In this document: positions 27,732-37,400 of the stretch, one piece after another
Numbering within the stretch: position 1 is the first letter of the stretch
How the letters are laid out: the number at the start of each line of letters is the position of its first letter
Notes under the pieces: model-generated
Seen by the model: only the letters and a program-made list of their open reading frames with translations
Told to the model about the DNA's origin: nothing
Databases searched by the model: none
Source: Gloeobacterales cyanobacterium
GTDB taxonomy: Bacteria > Cyanobacteriota > Cyanobacteriia > Gloeobacterales > PMM-0068
NCBI GenBank assembly: GCA_038245785.1
Contig: JBBRSB010000013.1
Coordinates: 1-64,000, forward strand
Direction: 5' to 3'
Length of the DNA: 64,000 bases
Translations under genes and position numbers: made by a program

Positions 27732-27856
27732 GAAGATGTGCTTGGCGAGTTGTCTGAACCTGGCGTCCTCGCACAAGAGGCAATGGGTAAACTGGAAGCA
27801 GCTACGGCAGAATTACAGGGAATTTTGCAAAAATTGGTGAAGAAGTTATTCCATAA
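27732..27856 (+). pseudogene. 3'-terminal remnant of type I R-M methyltransferase HsdM
   Basis: Reads ELSEPGVLAQEAMGKLEAATAELQGILQKL; restoring one base gives LGEEVIP*, resembling HsdM C-termini. Confidence 0.6.
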
Positions 27857-27873
27857 ACACGGAGTCATCAGCA

Positions 27874-28116
27874 ATGCAGAGCATTAAGGTTCGTCAGCAC
27901 GTTGGACAAGATGGCATCCTTCATCTCGATATTCCCGTTGGGCTAACAGAGCAGGATATGGAAGTAATGATAATTTATCAGTCTGTGTCATCGTCAACAA
28001 CAACTCGGCGATCGCTAGAACAGTTTTATGGTATTTGTGCAGATGACCCTATTATTCTTGATGATCAGGGAATATCAGAAGCTCTTGATGATGAACTGGC
28101 TGGAGCTTTTGATTAA
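27874..28116 (+). CDS. Cyanobacterial VapB-like antitoxin
   Basis: MQSIKVRQHVGQDGILHLDIPV N-terminus and acidic tail; precedes a PIN-like stub. Confidence 0.65.
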   Translation: MQSIKVRQHVGQDGILHLDIPVGLTEQDMEVMIIYQSVSSSTTTRRSLEQFYGICADDPIILDDQGISEALDDELAGAFD

Positions 28117-28118
28117 GG

Positions 28119-28148
28119 ATGCGCTATCTGTTAGACACAAAACTATGA
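28119..28148 (+). pseudogene. Truncated VapC/PIN toxin start (MRYLLDTKL*)
   Basis: ATG 2 nt after the antitoxin stop; matches the PIN start MxYLLDTN, then breaks off. Confidence 0.6.
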
Positions 28149-28165
28149 GCTTCTTGACAGCCAAG

Positions 28166-30868
28166 TCATTTTTCGGAAATTTCTTCAAACCTATGGTGAC
28201 GAATTTGAAAAAGGCAGTACTTTCTCAAAGTGTTAGAATGGTAATCATTTGAAGATGACCAATTAAGTCCAAATCCCGAAGTTTGATTGATAGGAAGTTT
28301 GAGCGACCCCAAATTCTTTAAAATCTCTTCCCGTGTTGGCTCCTTTGATATACGGATAGCTGCAATTAATGCTTGTGCTGCATCATAGCTAGTAGCAGCT
28401 CGCCAATATATTTGTTGTTCCCATCTTTTCTCTGCTTTTTTCGTATAATCAGAATTTTTAGCTAGACAAGGACTGGGGACAACCATCCCTTCAATAGCAT
28501 CTCCTCCTTTTTCTAAAGTTAGTTTTTCTGATAGTGCCATAGCACTTACTAATTGAAGTTTTTTCGCTGGAAGTTTAAAGTTTGCTCTAGCGATGGCGAG
28601 TGCTACTGAATTTGTCCCAACATTAGATATTAATAGAACTGCTTTAATATTATGCTTAATAAGATTGTCAATTTCATTCTGGATGTCTAAGTCAGTCTCG
28701 CTCAAATCGATAAGCTTGCCAAAGAATTTTCCTCCGTGCTTCTTAAAGTCTTCTTCAAAATCTCTTTTGAGAGTATTACTATATTCACTGCTTGGATTAT
28801 ATGCAATAGCAATTTCATCTAACTGTAAATGCTTTTTGATATACTGGGTGTACTTAGGAGCAGCTACTTTTGTAGAACTAACAGTTCGAAAAAAATTTTC
28901 CTTTTTTAATTGACTACTAGAACTTGCAGGAGAAACCACAGCTATTTGCTTCTCCTGGTAAATAGGTAGTGCTACTGCAGTACTCTCACTAGCATGATGT
29001 CCAATGATTGCTAAAATATCATTGTCATTAGCTAATTCTTTTGCTACTTTTTTAGCAACTTCTGGTTCATTACCATCATTAACAATAACTATCTCTAGTA
29101 AGTGATTATCTTTACCATTCTGGTGATTGAATTTAGTTTGAGCATCAGCTACACCTCTAAACATCTCTCTGGCAGCATCTTCATAGTAATCAATGGAAGC
29201 AACTACTGCTATTTTTAAAGGGTTTCCTTTCAGACGAGCTTGAGCATTGTTCAAGTAAATTTGAGGAACTGGATCGGTAGGATCACTATCTATAGCTTGT
29301 GCAAATAATTTAATTGCTTGCTCGTATTTTTGTTGCTTGAAAAACTCAGTTCCTTTTTTAAGATGAAAGTTAGAACCAGACAGAGAAGCTATTTTTTCTC
29401 CACTAGTCTTCAAGGTTCTAAAACAAGTATCTCCTATCTTTTCCCCCACGATTCCTTTTTCAATAGGACAAGCATCATATTTCTCATAAGCTTCATAAGC
29501 CAGGTTATAAGCCCCAAAAGATACTGAGAGGATAGTTCCGATAACAAAGCTACCAACTATTAATACAACGTTTCTCAACTTTCTAACACTTTCTGCTTCT
29601 TGAATATCACTTTCTGCTTCTTGACTAGCGTTCAAATATTTATAGTCTTTGTCGCTCAGACTTTTATCATTCGACCATTGCAAAGCATTTTTCAAGGCTT
29701 GTCCGCGCAAGAGGTGAGATTTATCTGTAAAGCTAGATGTTCTCCAAGCGGTAATAGATTCAGAATAGGGACTTAATTCATCTAATTTCTGCTCCAGCCA
29801 ATCTCGATTAAATACCTGAGCATAAATAGGATTACGTATTTTCAGCTTTCCATCTTGATTAACCACCAAGCCCGACAATTGCAATTCCAATTGTTCAGAG
29901 CTATCATCAGATGAAATCTCTTTATTTTTTAAGATACTTTGATATACCTGAAGTAATCTTCTAATTAAATTTCCGTTATTGAGAAGGCGATTGCGTATCG
30001 TTTTTAGATGCTCTGGATTATCCTGCTCTTCCCAATTGTATATAATTTTATCTTGAATGAGTTTTTCGACAAACCTTGCTGCACTTTCAGAAGGAATTAA
30101 CTCAGCTGATTCAGCCACTAATTTACAGAGTTTTTGTGTCAGGAAAGGTTGTCCACCTGACCAGTACAAGATTTCTTCAAGAATCTCTTCAGGATGAGTA
30201 CTTTTTTCTAATAATCCTTTAGCTAAGGGTTGAGCTTCATGCAATTGAAAACCTTTGAGAGAGATGGCTCGACCAATATTAAAAGGGGTGCAATTTTCAC
30301 TTTGAATTAAATCTGAAGGGGTAGATACACCCAAAAGAGTAAAAGTTAAACGTTTATATTCTGGTTGCTCGACTCGATTGTTATAGAAAGATCTAATTAA
30401 AGCAAAAAAATCATCAGCTCTAAATTTTAAGCGGCGAACACTATCAATCTCATCAATGAAAATAACAATATTTTGCTCAACTTCTCTTAATAGAACTGTT
30501 TTAATAAAGTGACCGAATCGGCTTAAAGCAGGCATCGACTCATGCTCATTCCACCAATCTGAGACATCATCAGAGATATTTAACTTGGACGCAATTATAT
30601 CAGCTAAGCTAAAATACCACTCATCTGCTGTTGCCTCACTTCCAATCTCTGTCAAACTAATAAAACAACAGGCATATCCATCACCTCTTAATCTCTGTTG
30701 GATTTGTATCCCTAAACTGGATTTACCCATCTGACGAGAGTTGAAAACATAGCAGAACTCACCAGATTTAAGCGCTTGATATAGATCTTCATCTGCTTTT
30801 CGTTTGACATAACTAGGATGCTGAAATCTTAAATCTCCCCCCACCTGATAGAAGCCAACTTGACTCAT
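28166..30868 (-). CDS. AAA_35 NTPase fused to TM, TPR and periplasmic ligand-binding (PBP type 1) domains
   Basis: YQVGG..SYVKRKAD, Walker A SRQMGKSS, IFIDEIDS, WSGGQPFLTQKLC; TM near residue 435-455; IIGHHASES PBP motif. Confidence 0.85.
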   Translation of the reverse strand: MSQVGFYQVGGDLRFQHPSYVKRKADEDLYQALKSGEFCYVFNSRQMGKSSLGIQIQQRLRGDGYACCFISLTEIGSEATADEWYFSLADIIASKLNISDDVSDWWNEHESMPALSRFGHFIKTVLLREVEQNIVIFIDEIDSVRRLKFRADDFFALIRSFYNNRVEQPEYKRLTFTLLGVSTPSDLIQSENCTPFNIGRAISLKGFQLHEAQPLAKGLLEKSTHPEEILEEILYWSGGQPFLTQKLCKLVAESAELIPSESAARFVEKLIQDKIIYNWEEQDNPEHLKTIRNRLLNNGNLIRRLLQVYQSILKNKEISSDDSSEQLELQLSGLVVNQDGKLKIRNPIYAQVFNRDWLEQKLDELSPYSESITAWRTSSFTDKSHLLRGQALKNALQWSNDKSLSDKDYKYLNASQEAESDIQEAESVRKLRNVVLIVGSFVIGTILSVSFGAYNLAYEAYEKYDACPIEKGIVGEKIGDTCFRTLKTSGEKIASLSGSNFHLKKGTEFFKQQKYEQAIKLFAQAIDSDPTDPVPQIYLNNAQARLKGNPLKIAVVASIDYYEDAAREMFRGVADAQTKFNHQNGKDNHLLEIVIVNDGNEPEVAKKVAKELANDNDILAIIGHHASESTAVALPIYQEKQIAVVSPASSSSQLKKENFFRTVSSTKVAAPKYTQYIKKHLQLDEIAIAYNPSSEYSNTLKRDFEEDFKKHGGKFFGKLIDLSETDLDIQNEIDNLIKHNIKAVLLISNVGTNSVALAIARANFKLPAKKLQLVSAMALSEKLTLEKGGDAIEGMVVPSPCLAKNSDYTKKAEKRWEQQIYWRAATSYDAAQALIAAIRISKEPTREEILKNLGSLKLPINQTSGFGLNWSSSNDYHSNTLRKYCLFQIRHHRFEEISEK

Positions 30869-30879
30869 GAGTTTTTTCC

Positions 30880-32169
30880 TTAAGCAAATATCTTACTGAA
30901 ATACTGACGGTATAAATTGCAGCTAGGTATGGTATTGTTACCTTCTATTTTTACTAAACCTAGCCTGTCAAGCTTGTTCATCTGAGTTGGATCGATTTGT
31001 ACCGGATGAGACGTAGTCACGACCCTTCTTAAAGCTTCTATTAAGGCTGGTCGATCCTTAACTATTTCCCATAGCTGTAGTAGGCGATCTCCGTAAATTC
31101 CTCCTTGTGTATCAGCTTCAACTAACACAATTTCAAGTGTCAAAGACTTGTCAGCTAACGTTTTTAAGGTATGGTTAATGAGGAAGGGATTGCCACCTAC
31201 CAATCCCATAATTTTGTCGATGTGACTTCTGCTCCAATCGAGGTTGTACTGCCGAACTAAACCTGCTACTTGTTCAGGGGTGAAATCATCTAAAGTTACG
31301 ATTGTTCCAACACCACGGAGTGGTGAATAATTGATATCAATCGAGGCATAATTATCGGTAGAGTGAACGATAACCAAACTAAGTTTTTTCCATAGTTCAT
31401 CTCGTTGTGCTTCTTCGTGCCAAGCTCTAAGAAGATGACAAAAGTCATCAGCAACAGGATGTTCAAAAACGCGATCAACTCCTTCTAAAACAAGAACTAA
31501 ATGTTGATTAACATTAGTCAATAAGTGAGTTCTAAAAAAAGCATTTGCCTTGTATGTAGAGCCCCCATTCTTTTTCTGCCAATAATCATTCAAAATATCA
31601 GAAAGATCTAAATAATCATTAACACATCCACAGAAAGCTTGCCAAAAATTATCCTTGCTACCCAATGAATCACTTTCAAATTCTTTATAGAAGTTAAGTA
31701 CTACAATTTGAGTATCTGTCTGATTTGCTCTGAATCGATTTAATACTCGATTCAGCATTTGTGTCTTTCCCGTATGTTGAGGTGCTTTAATACGAAGTAG
31801 AGAACCTGGCTGTAAGATAGTTGCATAACATATGGATTCCTGTGGCTCTCGAAGAACTTCGAAACGAGTTGGGATAGGATCATCGTAACTCTCATATATC
31901 TTTTCACTAACTGTTTCCCAATTGCAATTCAAAACCTGACAGAATGCTTTGAAAGAATCCGGTCTAATTGCTGCTCCTTTTAAAAAACGTTTCCAAGTGG
32001 GCAAGGAGATTCCGTAGGGATAGAATCCCTCCTCAGACCAAGGACGATTGGGTTCTAAAGCTCTACTAGCTTCTTCTAGCCATCGAGAATCATAAATACT
32101 CAATCCTCTGTTTTCTCTTGATTGTCTGACCTGTAAATGTCCTTGTTTGGACAATCGGTGACTTGCCAT
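30880..32169 (-). CDS. AAA_35 NTPase with N-terminal HTH-like domain
   Basis: ISLPTWKRFL...FKAFCQVL HTH-like segment; RIKAPQHTGKT Walker A; LRAWHE, VGGNPFL; ATG at 32169 preferred. Confidence 0.8.
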   Translation of the reverse strand: MASHRLSKQGHLQVRQSRENRGLSIYDSRWLEEASRALEPNRPWSEEGFYPYGISLPTWKRFLKGAAIRPDSFKAFCQVLNCNWETVSEKIYESYDDPIPTRFEVLREPQESICYATILQPGSLLRIKAPQHTGKTQMLNRVLNRFRANQTDTQIVVLNFYKEFESDSLGSKDNFWQAFCGCVNDYLDLSDILNDYWQKKNGGSTYKANAFFRTHLLTNVNQHLVLVLEGVDRVFEHPVADDFCHLLRAWHEEAQRDELWKKLSLVIVHSTDNYASIDINYSPLRGVGTIVTLDDFTPEQVAGLVRQYNLDWSRSHIDKIMGLVGGNPFLINHTLKTLADKSLTLEIVLVEADTQGGIYGDRLLQLWEIVKDRPALIEALRRVVTTSHPVQIDPTQMNKLDRLGLVKIEGNNTIPSCNLYRQYFSKIFA

Positions 32170-32508
32170 AATAGTTCTCCCGCAGAACAGTACTGGCATT
32201 ATAGTTTCTGTGCTATTACCCAACAAGCTTAGTTCAGGTTCACTTCTGGATCAGTTTTTCTTAAGAGCTTTTACTCAGGATAAAAAACTGAGATCAAACT
32301 ATGTCTAGATTTTTCTTAAGCAATCATTCATCATTGCAAACAACTGACATATGTAACAAACTTCATTTTGGTTATGTTTAAGTCAACCTTATGAATAGCA
32401 AGATGACTAATCAGGCATTGAGCAGCAAATTTGTATCGGGATCTATTGGGTCAACAGCAATTGCCAAATATTTCTTTGAAATTGCTTAGATATATAGGAT
32501 GAGTTGCC

Positions 32509-33120
32509 ATGAAAAAAGGTATTGATTGGCTAATGGTTCATAATGTATTAGGAAGCTGGCAAAAGCTATGGGGGATGCCTTTTGAAAGTAATCCTCAAAT
32601 TGCACTTGATGATGAACTCAAGAAATTAGCTTCAGGTAAGTTACTCATCAATACTCCACACGAAATGCAAGTCGGTGTTCCTGAGAGAGTAAATGTCCGA
32701 ATTGCTAAAACTGCAACCCAGAATTTTCTTGAGGGATTGGTCCATAGCCAGGAAGCTGAGGTTGAGAATATCAGAACTAGCCGTTCTATGATTGTTAGCT
32801 TAAGAAGCGAAGATTTCAAGATTGAAGCGCTTAGCAATGAAGAACAAATTATTGAGGACACTGATTACACCCAATGGGACTATAAAGTAGCACCGCTCAA
32901 AAGCGGTAATCGCAAGGTTTGCATTAGCATCACAGTTCTACTTACAGAAGAAAATGAGGACTTTCGCAAAACTCTACTTATCTTAGAAAAAGAGATTACT
33001 GTCAGGAGCAATCCCATCTATTCAATTAAAACTTTCGTGAGCGACTATTGGCAGTGGATTTTTGCATCAGCACTTATTCCTGCTATAGGTTTGGTTCTTA
33101 AAGTGCTTAGAGGCACTTAA
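32509..33120 (+). CDS. Hypothetical beta-rich protein with C-terminal membrane anchor
   Basis: RBS GGATGAG; TQWDYKVAPLKSG; C-terminal YWQWIFASALIPAIG TM. Confidence 0.65.
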   Translation: MKKGIDWLMVHNVLGSWQKLWGMPFESNPQIALDDELKKLASGKLLINTPHEMQVGVPERVNVRIAKTATQNFLEGLVHSQEAEVENIRTSRSMIVSLRSEDFKIEALSNEEQIIEDTDYTQWDYKVAPLKSGNRKVCISITVLLTEENEDFRKTLLILEKEITVRSNPIYSIKTFVSDYWQWIFASALIPAIGLVLKVLRGT

Positions 33121-33145
33121 CGATGGGCAAGTCATCGAACAGCGA

Positions 33146-34309
33146 CTAGCCCTTCAGCTTCGCCAATTTTGTGACTTTGGTCCCTTGATAGTAGTGGCTC
33201 AGAATATTGCGATACTTCCAGCCAGAGGCTGCACGGTTTTGGGCTCCCCATTGGCTCATGCCATATCCATGGCCCCAACCTTTACCTTCGAAGGTGAAGC
33301 GGCTGGCCGGAGTTTGGTCTGCACCGACGATGGCGGCTCCCATAAAAGGGGGACGGACCGCTGCTATTTGAAAGCGACCGCTCAGTAAATTTAGGCCAAT
33401 GCGCACAGGGTCGGCATCAATGGTCTTAGTACCTTTGGTCCCTACGATTTTTAAAGAGTTCGCACGCCCAGCGGCGCTGATTTCATTTGGGGTCACCTGT
33501 AACAGTTCTCCCAATCCTTGGGTCCAAGGCTTTAGCTGTTCGGGAGTGATAGAGACTTGCCAGCGGTAATTAGGCGCATCCTGGTCGTAATCTTTCACAC
33601 TGCGCAGATAGCTTCGTCCTCCATTATCAGTCTGTCCACCAGAGGAAGCATGGTAAAGCGCTTCCGCTAGTTTGCCTCGATAGGTTAGGACTTCATCACG
33701 GGTGGTATCGACCGCTTGAATCGATTTTTGACTCTCTCCCTGGACGCCTTCATAGACTTGCCAGGCTGGCGTATCGCCTAGGTCATAGGGCTTATCCTGG
33801 CGGTGATTCATCTGAAAGAAGGCATAGCTGCGGGCGGCTACAGCTTGGGCTTTGATCGCCTCTATGGACCAGCTCTGGGGCATTTCTGAAGTGGCTACGC
33901 CATAGAGATATTCTTCCATGGGCAGTTGATTGACGGCCAAAAGCCCATCGCTGGAAGATTTGACTTCAACGGCTCCCCGAAACCACTGCTTATCGATATA
34001 GACCAAACCGTCCTTGGTCTGAGGCGTGACGCGCACACCGCTGACTTTGATATCCCCAATCTGAATGCCTCCACCCTTGCCCTTACGGGTCAGAAGAGGC
34101 TCTAAGGGGTCTAAAGAACCCAAGACCTGTCCTTCCGAGGCTGTGACCAACGCTCCCACTGAGCTTCCCAAGACAATCTGTCGTTCCCCTTCGGTGATTT
34201 CTACCCGGACATCGTGGACATCGGTGGCTGGGGCTGCGGTCGCCGCTGTAGCAGCCAAACATAGAAAACTCAGAGACGATAAGCTAAGAGAAAGGAGTAC
34301 ACGTTTCAT
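33146..34309 (-). CDS. SpoIID/LytB-domain peptidoglycan lytic transglycosylase-like protein
   Basis: EEYLYGV..SEMP.SW..EAIKAQAVAARSYA; GWGHGYGMSQWGA. Confidence 0.92.
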   Translation of the reverse strand: MKRVLLSLSLSSLSFLCLAATAATAAPATDVHDVRVEITEGERQIVLGSSVGALVTASEGQVLGSLDPLEPLLTRKGKGGGIQIGDIKVSGVRVTPQTKDGLVYIDKQWFRGAVEVKSSSDGLLAVNQLPMEEYLYGVATSEMPQSWSIEAIKAQAVAARSYAFFQMNHRQDKPYDLGDTPAWQVYEGVQGESQKSIQAVDTTRDEVLTYRGKLAEALYHASSGGQTDNGGRSYLRSVKDYDQDAPNYRWQVSITPEQLKPWTQGLGELLQVTPNEISAAGRANSLKIVGTKGTKTIDADPVRIGLNLLSGRFQIAAVRPPFMGAAIVGADQTPASRFTFEGKGWGHGYGMSQWGAQNRAASGWKYRNILSHYYQGTKVTKLAKLKG

Positions 34310-34471
34310 GGCAAAACCAAAGACAAAACAAAAGCCATACAGGAAAGCACGTCAGGCCGTTAGATTAGAACCTCGCGTGGGAATCCTATAGGTATTTCCT
34401 CGTTAGTCTACCCTATGGTTCTGGGCATGCGCGGTATACCAGCAGACAGGACAGATGGGGACAACTGCTCT

Positions 34472-37400
34472 CTAGAAGCGGGTTTCATACTCTACAGAAG
34501 CACTGGTATCGTTTTTGAAATCGCTTCCTACGCGCAGCAGAATGTTGTCATCAAATCGATATTGCAGGTTATACCGGGTTGGTTGGGTAGGGTCTGTGAG
34601 GTTTTGCGTTACGGACAGCCCGAAGTTGTAGCTAAGGTCTTTAGCTACTTCTAGACCTACGCCCAGACGATAAGCGCCCGGAACAGCCGGGTCTGTTTGG
34701 GTGAGGGCACTGATTTGAAATTCATCTAGAGCCAGACGTTCGAGAATAAAATCTTCAATCGGAGAAACCAAAGCAGAACCGGCCAGGGCGTAGACTCCTG
34801 CCCCTAGTTGGCCTGCCACATTGCCTCCCAAAAGGCTGACGATTTCATCCTGAGTGCGGGGAGGAGAGCTGCGTAGCTCTGTGTTGAACTTGGAAGCTCT
34901 GCCGGTAACGGATGCCGTAATGCGTACCGTTCTTTGCGAACCTGTAGTGATGCTAGATTCCAAGACTCTCCGGTTTGAAGCTTCCGCCGTCGGTAAGGTT
35001 ACTTCTGAAGCGCGGCCCACGACCCGAACGTCTAAGTCTGGATCTAGCCCTTGCTCTGGACTAAAACGGGCTACATTCTTGCGACCCCGCTCTAGATAAA
35101 ACGGAGAGGAAAAGAGGTTGAGGCGACCGGATAGAAACTGCACTTCGCCGAGGGCTTTAGGTTCGGCCAAAGTACCGGATAGGACGAGATTTCCTTTGGT
35201 CAAGAAGCGGAGTACAGGCCGCTGTACCAAGTTAATATCTTGCCCAAGCACTATCTTCAAATCTTGCAGCTTTGGACTGGCAATCTGCCTCACACGGGCG
35301 GTAGTTTCCAGTCTGGCCGGGTCCTCAGGCTTACCACTGGGTAGCCCAAGGTTACCTTTAGAAAGTGTTACGACACCGCTTACTGCTGGAGCAAGGAAAG
35401 AACCTTTGAGCAGCAATTTACCATCTAGTTCTCCTTCATAGAGAGGCGTGAGGGCCAATTGCACATCCTTCAGGTCTAATTGCAAGGGGTCATCAACAAC
35501 GACTTTTTGGTTGAGGGCGACAATGCCTTGTCCTTCAAAGCGACCTTTGCTAAATTGTCCTTCCAACGTTTTGACAACAGCCCTATCTCCGACAAAGTCA
35601 ACCCGGCCTGATAGATTCTTAATCGGTTCCTGTAGACCTGTGACACTAACTTGGCTGTCCTGGAACGTGAGCCCTCCATTCAGTTGTAGGGCCGTTAAAT
35701 CTCCGCCCACCGTGACATCTAGATTGCCTTTTCCCTGTTGCCACTGAATTTGGTCGGTAAATAGATTGAGTAGCGCCAAACCACTATTTTGCAGTTTGAG
35801 ATTGAGGTTAAAGGTCTTATCCTCAGGTTCTTCAAAAAGCGTAATCGGGAAACTTCCTGTAATCTGCGCTGGGTCTGTTTCAACAATCCTCTCTGTCTTT
35901 TCAGCGGCCAACTGGAAGTTGTCAATCGTTACTCGCCCTTGGCGGTAGCCAATCTGACCAGAAGCCTGCTTGAGGGGAGCGCGATTGAGCGTTCCTTGAT
36001 CGACCGCAAAGGTCCCTGCGACTTCAGGATGACTCAAGGTTCCCTCAAAGGTGCCTTCTGCACTGAGGTCTCCTCTAACCTGAATGCTGGAGGGGAGGAA
36101 GGGTTGGACCAAGCCCACAGGGAACTGCTTGAGCTGGAATACGCCATCAGGACCTATGGTTTTCTTAGGCTTGGGCTCTAGGTTTAGCACGCCCACATAG
36201 GTGGCTTCTCGGAGTTTATTCTCAACCTTTCTACGGGCGACGAAGGAGTCTACCCGGATCTGTTGATTTTGGTAGGCTCCTTTTGCCTGGACCGTATCGA
36301 GATGATAATTTCCCCACTGCCAGGTTTGGCCCTGAATATCCACGGCCAATTGGGGATTGTCTAAGACTGGGCGTTCTAAACGAAAGGCAGGAATTTTGAG
36401 GGATAGTGAGCCTTGGAAGTTACCTTTCAAACTTTGCAAGGAACTCGGCAGGGGGGATTTACTGGCTTTGGCCAGCTCTGCCTGTTCACTCTCATATTCT
36501 GTGAATTTCTGGAGTTGGGCAGATAAAGGACGGCTGCCATTATCGATTTCCACCGCTCCTATTTCACTGGCAGGAATAGCAGGTGAAGGCAACAGACTTT
36601 GGTTGAGAATGTCTTGCCAGGTCCGCCAACCAAAAGTGCGCACCAGGCTCTCTAAAGTTCCGTTGTCCGTTTTTAAAGAGGCCAATAATCCTGAACGTCT
36701 GTTGTAGTCCAGCCCCAAAGTATAAAGACTCTTGCCGATATTGAGCTGAGCATTGCCAATTTGAAGGCTGCCATCGGCTGGGACATAGACCAAATTCCCT
36801 TTCAGTAAATCGGTCTTGAGCGTACGGTAACGACCATCTTCCAAGGCAAAAGCACCTTTGAGGCGCTTAGTTTGGAGATCATAGGAGAAGTCTCCTCCCA
36901 AAACGCCCCCAACCTGAAGGGTGGATGAACTGAGTCTTTCCAACGCTAGATTTTTGAGATTCAGCGCAAATTGGTTGGCTTGTTTACGGCCTGTGAGCGA
37001 AGTATCTCCGGCCAAGGCCACGAGGCTCAAAGGATTGAATGCGCTGTCGGTACTGATTTTTAACTGGTCTTGACTGCTGCGGGCACGCAGATCCAGGGAT
37101 AGGCCCGCAGGGTTATAGGAAATCGGCCCTGATAGGGGTGCAAATTCAAAGGGCTCCACCGCAAGTCCCTGAACGGATGCTTGACCGACAAAGTTTGGCT
37201 TGCTCGTAGTACCTGTCAGACGACCTTGGAGATCTGCTTGTCCTTTGGCAGGGCGAGGAAGCGACAGTGGCAACAGGGCCAGGTCCAATTTATTAGCTTG
37301 AACCGTAAGGTCCAAAGGTCCTTTGGGGTCTACTGTACCCTGGGCCGTTAACAGGTCTCCCAATCGGGCTTGCTTTAGAAGAAGATTGCTTCCATCCCAG

